DNA of 32,000 nucleotides from Nanoarchaeum equitans Kin4-M. GTDB lineage: Archaea > Nanobdellota > Nanobdellia > Nanobdellales > Nanoarchaeaceae. The stretch spans positions 240,001-272,000 of the forward strand of contig AE017199.1 of NCBI GenBank assembly GCA_000008085.1, written 5' to 3'. The position numbers were made by a program, and so were the translations under genes. The notes under the pieces are model-generated. The model worked only from the letters and a program-made list of their open reading frames with translations, did not search any database and had not been told where the DNA came from. Below, one piece after another: positions 24,301 through 30,507 of the stretch (positions within the stretch are counted from its first letter, which is position 1; every line of letters starts with the position of its first letter).

Positions 24301-25511
24301 AATTGCAAATTAAATTCGTAGGATTTATTTACAAATTTACAATCATCTTCAACACAAACTTTTAATGGAATGTCGCTTTCTACTTTTATTTTGCAATTGG
24401 ATTGGTAGCATTTTTCTATAGATACATCGATTTTAGGTTTAAGCAATTTATTAAAATCTAAATATAGTATGCCTTTTCCATAGAGATACGCGGGCTTTTT
24501 AGGATTTACGATCCAATCTATATTTATTTCGTCCAATGTTAGATTAAAATATTGCATTAACAAAGCTATTGCTCCTGCTGTTACAGCTGCGGCGTAACCA
24601 GGATAGAAACCAAAATCAAATTTAGATTGGGCCGATAAAGTGGGGTTTTGGCCCAGCAAAGTAGGACCTTGTGCGGTTAAAACCTTGTATCCATCTAAAC
24701 CAACAACACATATTTTAGCAAAACAAGGAGATTGGAGAGTATAATTATAATCTTCGTTATCTAAATATAATACATCTGAATAAGTAGGGCTTTGATGTTC
24801 GATAATTTTTAGTTTCCAAGCATAATTGGTATTTATTGTTAGATTTATCGTTTTCTTTTTGCCATCGTAATAGCAGGGCTCATCAATATACATGGATTGT
24901 ATCCTACAAGTTATTGCTTTCTCCTTTGGGCTTTCTATAGAATAACAACAATTTGTAGGGAATAGAACACTAACATCTTTTGCGCTAACTATTTGGATTG
25001 TTGCATTGTATAATGCCACATCTGTTCCATATTTTGCTGTATCTACGTTTATTTTTATATTACTATAACCCTTTCCAGGGGTTCCATGTATAGCGAATCC
25101 TGCAGAGGCAATTGTTGGGAATTTAGATAAAAATTTACATATTTTATCAGAACAATCATCGAAGGGGGTATTGTAATTTAATGTGACTACAACTAAATCA
25201 TATTTCGATAAATTTAATTTAGTTACATCTAACATTTTATTAGAATAATCGCAATCGTATATGTCTAATGAGACATTTGGGGCGATACTTTTTATTATTG
25301 CTGCACTATATGTGCCCCAATTATTTATATCTACTTTATCGCTTCCTAAGCAATAGAATAGTCTTATATTTTCGTCGTTTAAATTATATTGGCTTTTTAA
25401 TTTTTCATAAAGCGAATGGTTAAAACCTGTAGTTATTAAAGCGATTTTTATGTTTTGTCCATTTGCATCTTTTGGAACATTTATTATTATGCTATCTAAT
25501 GGAGGTATCAA
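21339..25511 (-). CDS. Giant (1390 aa) C-terminally membrane-anchored protein with an N-terminal subtilase-like (apparently catalytically dead) domain and ~1000 aa of beta-rich modules
   Basis: Uninterrupted 4.2-kb ORF. Residues ~1-365 align to subtilisin landmarks (IKIALITTG / NNWGTYSAAIIKSIAPNVSL / SAGF / PGYAAAVTAGAIALL / YGKGILYL). The rest is Tyr/Ile/Lys/Asn-rich beta-type sequence with paired Cys, a Lys-rich stalk (KNEKPKAKPIKKTKRE), the TM helix FAIIIIGTALFLILIAWL and the tail RRKKKQQYPYKEI. The only possible start is TTG at 25511 (the first ATG is codon 93). Confidence 0.8.
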   Translation of the reverse strand: MIPPLDSIIINVPKDANGQNIKIALITTGFNHSLYEKLKSQYNLNDENIRLFYCLGSDKVDINNWGTYSAAIIKSIAPNVSLDIYDCDYSNKMLDVTKLNLSKYDLVVVTLNYNTPFDDCSDKICKFLSKFPTIASAGFAIHGTPGKGYSNIKINVDTAKYGTDVALYNATIQIVSAKDVSVLFPTNCCYSIESPKEKAITCRIQSMYIDEPCYYDGKKKTINLTINTNYAWKLKIIEHQSPTYSDVLYLDNEDYNYTLQSPCFAKICVVGLDGYKVLTAQGPTLLGQNPTLSAQSKFDFGFYPGYAAAVTAGAIALLMQYFNLTLDEINIDWIVNPKKPAYLYGKGILYLDFNKLLKPKIDVSIEKCYQSNCKIKVESDIPLKVCVEDDCKFVNKSYEFNLQFPFYGNTTIDVKAYIGNKLVYKYSKEVYVEKDPLNIKAVYVDPDNIRKGEKTNIFIIGQGKNIDIYIDGIYYRTIDLNGSYSIEYTPTKTPIEIKIRKDNFEKTFSIPIIFVNKPKDLNGSLYLAIPYGDCNQFMFNQTFYCDGDNLYKLIPIDSQLLSYVNDTIKVFVYKGINEYGIKELQIQSNNYTTILPFGEYKDGKLCVENYCFRFNYLPQKVITKIENNTLQIITNQPYPIEIKINNETYIVKGNSTIKFTPRIGLNLIEIKYKDGHKVIPYYYYEKPRIEYKFDGHYLYLKASHKDTIFVIVNNKKLKVNVSKEWSKIDVSPYLIKGLNIIHILGYYKHTILYDGKQIRYFDYYQYDVPAIELKLNGKIKGKIKVIPTYLVNFNYTIKGNKVTIKSDPFFAKVYHNGKLIYVGIIENNTFPIPVKIENGDVLITIPGKIEYKNISIKYGVFYNKSLLGEKLLENYLNGLGIYNKLYYEKPYLYKVKWLCYGETNNIACNINPLQYKKFDPIPKKDQVPFGNYSIKLIRKVNLIVTACKSVCTSIKREINLDIPTMYSFNLDKGWYMGKPNIRIDDNLYIDTNNDFKPDITLREGESRIINNKIFYFNKTLYIGIKTKPGFYIVNDSIVVGEYKFVIPTFFTAIYNKGYIKKYFTKRDIIYLDRPIYIKPQSWTLDIKKANNTIIGNTDNYITVYNKDIYFKIKGQFKLHLDGFSYIEEANSKIFPFYIIGNKLYLSKGRYEVYANNQYVGEFNINYPIPIGNTSNVYKIIDLDSDAILYFYNNSYIFLPKDVFIAFDLENNISIPMLAKCDNNYIPIYIKPQKLNCSKLDTPLFTWDKTLKSKIKPIFNTRFAYIFYAANKKPYIEVEGVKIYINNGLTIEGGIIVNDNKTYIGKAQIKEGHVMVIKNNKLVFETFLPYTRIQKTEIEQSKNEKPKAKPIKKTKREFNSFAIIIIGTALFLILIAWLRRKKKQQYPYKEI

Positions 25512-25735
25512 GCTCTTTTCTTTGGAGATGTATCTTTTTTAACTATGTTCTCTATATATGGGCTATAATCTTTTAGCTCTAGGGCTATTACTTTATCATT
25601 ATATTCTAATATTTTATCGAACAATTCCTCTCTAGTTAATGCTAAAACTATTTCCCCTAAATCTATAGGCATAGAAATTAAACCTTTTTCTTTGAGAGTT
25701 TCAATATTTTTATCATAAAATATTAAAAGTAACAT
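25508..25735 (-). CDS. 75-aa ORF, possible subtilase propeptide (I9)-like remnant encoded separately
   Basis: Its length and order of elements (LLLIFYD..LKEKG..IVLALTREELFDKILEYNDKVIALELKD) weakly parallel the subtilisin propeptide ([37 protein letters not shown]). Its TGA overlaps the TTG start of the subtilase-like ORF (TTGA, 25508-25511). Confidence 0.35.
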   Translation of the reverse strand: MLLLIFYDKNIETLKEKGLISMPIDLGEIVLALTREELFDKILEYNDKVIALELKDYSPYIENIVKKDTSPKKRA

Positions 25736-25756
25736 TGTTAAATTAAAAGAGGTTGT

Positions 25757-26881
25757 TTAAAAATCGATGGGCTCTAAAAATAAAGACCTAATCGCTACTG
25801 TGGCGTAGGAACCCTTTTCTAGATAGAATTTAGTTAACCATTTTTGGTTTTTCTTTATTTTCAAATCATACATCTTTTGAAAGCCCTTTCTATAAGTGCC
25901 AACAACTTTTTTATTTTTTAGCATCTCAATAGTAATGCCTTCTTTATCTAATAAATAATCTATTATTTCTTTTATTTCGCCTTTGGCATTAACTTTATAC
26001 CCAATTAATGGAATCTCTATGTTTTCATAATAGTCTGCAAAATAGAATTCCAATAAATCTCTTATTTTGATTATTTTTGTTTTGTTTTTTAGATACATCT
26101 TAAGGGTTTCATTAAATATATAAGATTGGTACGAATGTATAAATAACATTAAAATCCATTTTGGGATAGCTTTGAACGCTTTACAATAGTCTTTTTTCTC
26201 AATAAAGGATTGCAAATAGGCTTTTTCTATATCTAGGGCTTTTGGCATTAATGGAATAACTTTCTTTAGCTTTTCTATATTATTCCAATATTCTTTTATT
26301 AATTGCCTAACTTTTATTGTTTTTTTACTTTCTTTTCCAACAAATGTTAATAAAATTTTAGCAGCTTCCTCGCATTCGTTTTTTATTAAATGTTTGCCTA
26401 TTAGATGGTTTACTAATCTTTTGTCTCCAAATCTTTGGACATCAAAATAGTTTGGAAAAACATCAAACCCCTTTGGGGATTCTGCATAAACTTTTATTTC
26501 AAAATAATTCCCTAAATGGGAACCCAATTTTACTGGTTTATCGCTAAGCCCTATATAGTATAATTCTAAATTATCTAAAAACATAGATTTTTTGGGCCCT
26601 TTATATATAGAAATCAATTGATAAGTTATAGCTTTTTTGTCCTTTTCCCCAGAAAAGGATATTCTATATTTAGACAAACGAAATTGTTTTGCTATTATCT
26701 TTATTGCTTGAGTTGTTGATAAATTTTTCTTTTTCAAAACATAAATAGTATAATCCCCAGGAATTCCATTATCTTTTATTCCCATAAATTTGAATTGATC
26801 ATAATATTTCGATGGTTCCGCTATAGAAAAATTAGTTTTTTCAATAACAACAAAATCCTCAGGCTTTTCCTTAATTCGCAT
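25757..26881 (-). CDS. truD: tRNA pseudouridine synthase TruD/Pus7 family
   Basis: 374 aa. N-terminal IKEKPEDFVVIE, the catalytic motif FSGEKDKKAITYQ (G.KDk.A.T.Q), and NYFDVQRFGDKRLVNHLIGKHLI (the QRFG motif). Confidence 0.88.
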   Translation of the reverse strand: MRIKEKPEDFVVIEKTNFSIAEPSKYYDQFKFMGIKDNGIPGDYTIYVLKKKNLSTTQAIKIIAKQFRLSKYRISFSGEKDKKAITYQLISIYKGPKKSMFLDNLELYYIGLSDKPVKLGSHLGNYFEIKVYAESPKGFDVFPNYFDVQRFGDKRLVNHLIGKHLIKNECEEAAKILLTFVGKESKKTIKVRQLIKEYWNNIEKLKKVIPLMPKALDIEKAYLQSFIEKKDYCKAFKAIPKWILMLFIHSYQSYIFNETLKMYLKNKTKIIKIRDLLEFYFADYYENIEIPLIGYKVNAKGEIKEIIDYLLDKEGITIEMLKNKKVVGTYRKGFQKMYDLKIKKNQKWLTKFYLEKGSYATVAIRSLFLEPIDF

Positions 26882-26890
26882 TAAAAGAAT

Positions 26891-27076
26891 TTAGGGCAAA
26901 TAGACATACCCATTAGAACTTCTAACCTTGCCTCTCTTTATCATCTTTGTTAGGATTGCTTTTACTATTCTTTCTTCTTTTCCTGTTTCCTTAGCTACTT
27001 CCTTTACTAGCTCGTCTTTTAACATTTTGCCTCTCTCCTTTAGGATTTCTAAAATTTTTTCGCTAATCCTTGTCAT
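26891..27076 (-). CDS. Small winged-helix DNA-binding-type protein
   Basis: 61 aa. ILEILKERGKMLKDELVKEVAKETGKEERIVKAILTKMIKRGKVRSSNGYVYL has the helix-turn-helix-plus-wing layout of MarR/TrmB-like wHTH modules. The specific family is not recognised. Confidence 0.45.
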   Translation of the reverse strand: MTRISEKILEILKERGKMLKDELVKEVAKETGKEERIVKAILTKMIKRGKVRSSNGYVYLP

Positions 27077-27115
27077 AATTAATATAATAGTTTCTCTTTA
27101 AAAGTATTAATTGTC

Positions 27116-28246
27116 TTAAAAGAGTTTTTCTCCATAAACAAAGGCATTATACTCGGGGTTAAATATATAAGCTGTAATGTCTTTTATTCTAAATCCCACA
27201 TCATAATTATTAAGTTTGGCAAACCCATTAGCGTTTTTAACTAAGTACTTCGCTAGGAAATAAGCATTTGTTATTTTATTGTTTAGTTTTATTTGATTTA
27301 ACCCGAAGGTTGGTTTTTCTACCAAATCCACATCTAAAAATTGGACCGAATTCCCAATAACTATAGTTGGTTTGTTAAAATCTATGTTAAAATATTTTTT
27401 CTCAATGGGGGGAAAAGAGCTAACTATTATTTTATCGAATTCGTCTAAATCTATTTTATTTATTTGTTTATAATTAATGATTGTGCCTTTGGTTTGGTAA
27501 TATATAGGCATAACATATTCGTAGAAAGACAAAATATTGTCTGTCATATCTATTATTAGGGTTTTGTTTCCTTCCAATTTTAGATCTTTTTTGGGGCAAT
27601 GCTTTTTATATTGCTCAATATGATAATCCTCTATAACAATATCTGCAGTGTATTCATCGATAACTTTTATTTTATATCGGTCTATAACAATTTTCCCTTT
27701 AAAATATGGTTGGTATAGAACTAAGCTTTCATATTCTCCGCCCTCGCCAACTAAATTAATATACTGGGCTTTTTCTATTACTTCGAAAAGGTTTTTACCG
27801 ACCCATTCTTTTTTTAGTCCATAAGAAGAAACCCTGCTAATGATTATTTCAAAGCATCTCTCTTTTAATTGGTTTAAGTATAATTTATATGGAGTTAACC
27901 AAGAGGGGCTATGTACATATATATTTAATTCATAAGCTATTTTATTTATATTGCCTGCTTGGTATGCAGAAGCGATAGCCCCTGTAATAATGGCTTTGGG
28001 CTTTTCCATCTCTAGTATTTCTTTTAATTTAGAGAACTTCTCTTCCTCTTTTACGAAATATAAGTCTAATGGTAAATCTAATAGCTCTGCTTGAGTTTTG
28101 GTTATCTCTATGGCTGGGTAATGATACATAGAGCTAAAAGCATTATCTGGTTTGATGGATATGAGTTTTCTAATTTTATAACCATGGTCTAAAGCTTTAA
28201 CTAAAGCATAATTAGAATCTTTACCCCCGCTATACAATACAATCAT
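27116..28246 (-). CDS. Dph6/MJ0570-type PP-loop ATP pyrophosphatase (diphthine-ammonia ligase family) fused to a degenerate class-I glutamine amidotransferase-like domain
   Basis: 376 aa. Residues 1-~205 (MIVLYSGGKDSNYAL...ITGAIASAYQ...GEGGEYESLVL) are collinear with MJ0570/Dph6. Residues ~225-376 (KTLIIDMTDN...FDKIIVSSFPPIEKKYFNIDFNKPTIVIGNSVQFL...AYIFNPEYNAFVYGEKLF) are collinear with GuaA-type GATase (..IILSGGPDIEK...LPILGICLGHQL...VQFHPE..) but carry Asn in place of the Cys and Asn in place of the His. Confidence 0.78.
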   Translation of the reverse strand: MIVLYSGGKDSNYALVKALDHGYKIRKLISIKPDNAFSSMYHYPAIEITKTQAELLDLPLDLYFVKEEEKFSKLKEILEMEKPKAIITGAIASAYQAGNINKIAYELNIYVHSPSWLTPYKLYLNQLKERCFEIIISRVSSYGLKKEWVGKNLFEVIEKAQYINLVGEGGEYESLVLYQPYFKGKIVIDRYKIKVIDEYTADIVIEDYHIEQYKKHCPKKDLKLEGNKTLIIDMTDNILSFYEYVMPIYYQTKGTIINYKQINKIDLDEFDKIIVSSFPPIEKKYFNIDFNKPTIVIGNSVQFLDVDLVEKPTFGLNQIKLNNKITNAYFLAKYLVKNANGFAKLNNYDVGFRIKDITAYIFNPEYNAFVYGEKLF

Positions 28247-29115
28247 TTAGGTTTTTTTAGAACACAATAAAAAAATGGTTCAAACCCATAATGTATATGG
28301 GGATATATCCTTTTGCAATATTGCATTTCTTTTGGAAATTCATGGTTTTCAAAACTTGTTAATGCTGGCTCTCCAAATAGGTTGGCATTAACTATCTTAA
28401 ACCCTAAAGAGAGAGCATATTCTATTACGAATTCATTTTCCAGGGGCTCTAATGTGCATGTGGAATAAACTAAAATACCATTTGGTTTTAACATTTCATA
28501 GGCCTTTTTTATTAATTGTTTTTGTATAGTTTGTCTATTTATAAAATCCTCTATGGTTTTTGAAATGAAGGTTTTATCTATATAGGGATTGGCTGAACAA
28601 GGCGCATCTAATAAAATTTTTTTAAATTCCTCTTTAAATGGTAATTTTAAAGCATCTTCATTAATTATTACTGCTCTTACATTTAGCCTATCAAAAATAA
28701 ATCGCATCTTTTTAGCCCTAAAAGGGTCTTTCTCTACACTATACAAAATAGATTGATTGTTAGTTAATTGTTGTATTAAAGAGGATTTTCCCCCGGGAGC
28801 GGCAGCCATATCTAATATAATATCTTTTTTTCTTGGAGACAAAGCGAAAACTGGCAAAGCTGAAGAGGGATTTTGGATATATATTAGACCTAAAATGTAT
28901 TCGGGTAATGCTTGTAAATGAAATGGGGCTTTTTTTATTTTATAGAAATATTTTAATGGCGTACTCTCTAACTCGAAACCTCTATTTTCTAGCATTTTTA
29001 CTATAAATTCTTCATCTCCCCTTAGAGTGTTAACCCTAATAAATAAGGGCCTCTTTTGGTTTAATAGTCTAAGAAAATCATTATATTTAGGAATAAACTT
29101 ATAGCGGTCGAGCAT
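28243..29115 (-). CDS. NOL1/NOP2/Sun-family RNA cytosine-C5 methyltransferase
   Basis: 290 aa. SAM motif ILDMAAAPGGKS, motif IV LLDAPCSANPY, motif VI LVYSTCTLEPLENE. ATGA overlap with the downstream Dph6-like gene. Confidence 0.88.
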   Translation of the reverse strand: MLDRYKFIPKYNDFLRLLNQKRPLFIRVNTLRGDEEFIVKMLENRGFELESTPLKYFYKIKKAPFHLQALPEYILGLIYIQNPSSALPVFALSPRKKDIILDMAAAPGGKSSLIQQLTNNQSILYSVEKDPFRAKKMRFIFDRLNVRAVIINEDALKLPFKEEFKKILLDAPCSANPYIDKTFISKTIEDFINRQTIQKQLIKKAYEMLKPNGILVYSTCTLEPLENEFVIEYALSLGFKIVNANLFGEPALTSFENHEFPKEMQYCKRIYPHIHYGFEPFFYCVLKKPK

Positions 29116-29149
29116 TAATGCTTATAAATAAAGGTTTAAAAAAGCGTGA

Positions 29150-29401
29150 ATGAAAGATAGAATTATCTATAGAAGAACCCCTGGAGGAAGGGTTACTGTT
29201 TTATATAAAAGAAGGAAACCTTCCCCAGCAAAATGTGCTATATGTGGGAGACCATTACAAGGAGTAGTAAGAGAACCAGCTTATTGGTTAAAAAGTGAAC
29301 CAAAGCAAAGAAAAAAAGTATCTAGAAAATTTGGGGGTTATTTGTGCCACGAATGTGCTAGAAGAGTTATAGCGAGAATGGCAAGAAATTTTGAACTATA
29401 A
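29150..29401 (+). CDS. rpl34e: 50S ribosomal protein eL34
   Basis: 83 aa. IIYRRTPGGRVTVLYKRRKPSPAKCAICGRPLQGV...GGYLCHECARRVI is the eL34 signature. TTATAAAT lies 20 nt upstream of the ATG. Confidence 0.92.
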   Translation: MKDRIIYRRTPGGRVTVLYKRRKPSPAKCAICGRPLQGVVREPAYWLKSEPKQRKKVSRKFGGYLCHECARRVIARMARNFEL

Positions 29402-29825
29402 AGCAAAAAACTATAGATAATACCATTAATATCACAACAATTAAGGATTTCCTTACTAATGTGTTTTTAATAAAGGAAGGCAATACATCTTTTGTAAAAG
29501 CCAAAAAGGACATTTCTCTTATTATAGGTATTTTGGATTGAACAAAAATTATAAACAAAGCTATTAGCGTTACTATATAAGAAGTAAGCAGTATAATAAA
29601 GGGAGGACAAAAACTAAAGTGTATTCCTTTATAAAACAAATAAAGTTTTGCCAATTTAACTATAAAGGAAACAATAAAAACCACGAAAGCCAAATAAAAC
29701 ATTAAATATATTTTCTTAAAAAGCTTAGGAAAATCAAAGATAGATTGCTTTCCTAAAACAATATCTATTATAAAAAATAAAAGCATTAGGAAAGAAGTGA
29801 AGAAAGTTATAACAAAGCTAATCAT
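29367..29825 (-). CDS. Polytopic (about 4 TM) membrane protein, hypothetical
   Basis: 152 aa, almost entirely hydrophobic helices. Overlaps the upstream gene by 8 nt and the eL34 3' end by 35 nt. Confidence 0.5.
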   Translation of the reverse strand: MISFVITFFTSFLMLLFFIIDIVLGKQSIFDFPKLFKKIYLMFYLAFVVFIVSFIVKLAKLYLFYKGIHFSFCPPFIILLTSYIVTLIALFIIFVQSKIPIIREMSFLAFTKDVLPSFIKNTLVRKSLIVVILMVLSIVFCFIVQNFLPFSL

Positions 29826-30507
29826 TTTTGTCCAAAGGCTCTAACTTTAAAAGATACACATAGTCTTTTTTGGCCAATTGAAATAATACTGATTTAGATA
29901 TACCTATTTTATATTTTAGCGCTTCCTCCAAAGGGACATATTTTATTTCTAATACTCTAAATTTGTGCGATACTTTCTTCTTTTTGTCGTAGAATTCAAT
30001 AATATCGTTAACTGCTAAGTTTTTGGGAATTTGATTTCTAACCTCGTATTCCTTTTCTCCTTTTAATAGTTTGTCTAACCATTTTTTCTTTATTGTTAGC
30101 CTATGTATCATAGGGAACAAATCACTTTTCTTAAAAGGTCTAAGTGTTATGGCTATTCTAGGGTTACCAATATAAACATCGGGGCTATTCTTTTGGGCAT
30201 ACCCTTTTAATAATAAAACTTCATGCTTAGGCATATATTTAATATCGCCATCCCAATAAACATAAAAATATTTGTATTTTGATTGGCTTATATTTTTAAT
30301 AAACTCTTCTTTCGTTTGCGATTTTTGGTCTTTGGTTACTATTAAAGTGTATTGCCCATTAGTGTAATAAATAAAATCGCCTACTCTTTCTATAGAGTTT
30401 TGGGCAAACTCTATAGCTTTTTTCCATAATTCTATAGGGTTTACATCCTTTTTCTTTAATAGCCTTTTCTTTATTTTTTCTTTAGCATGTTTAGTTAGCA
30501 GGAACAT
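29818..30507 (-). CDS. Hypothetical protein with a C-terminal ASCH/PUA-like domain
   Basis: 229 aa. The last ~100 aa (MIHRLTIKKKWLDKLLKGEKEYEVRNQIPKNLAVNDIIEFYDKK..KFRVLEIKYVP) resemble the ASCH fold pattern (h.l.i...~.d.I..G.K..E.R......Gd.i.f). The N-terminal half is unrecognised. TAATG overlap with ABCE1. Confidence 0.4.
   Translation of the reverse strand: MFLLTKHAKEKIKKRLLKKKDVNPIELWKKAIEFAQNSIERVGDFIYYTNGQYTLIVTKDQKSQTKEEFIKNISQSKYKYFYVYWDGDIKYMPKHEVLLLKGYAQKNSPDVYIGNPRIAITLRPFKKSDLFPMIHRLTIKKKWLDKLLKGEKEYEVRNQIPKNLAVNDIIEFYDKKKKVSHKFRVLEIKYVPLEEALKYKIGISKSVLFQLAKKDYVYLLKLEPLDKND

Noticed and set aside
25736-25759. The TruD stop (TAA 25757-25759) and the 75-aa ORF are in the same frame, 7 codons apart, which could suggest stop-codon read-through
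   Set aside because: Same-frame placement has a 1-in-3 chance of occurring by accident. There is no recognisable read-through context, and the TruD C-terminus looks complete.
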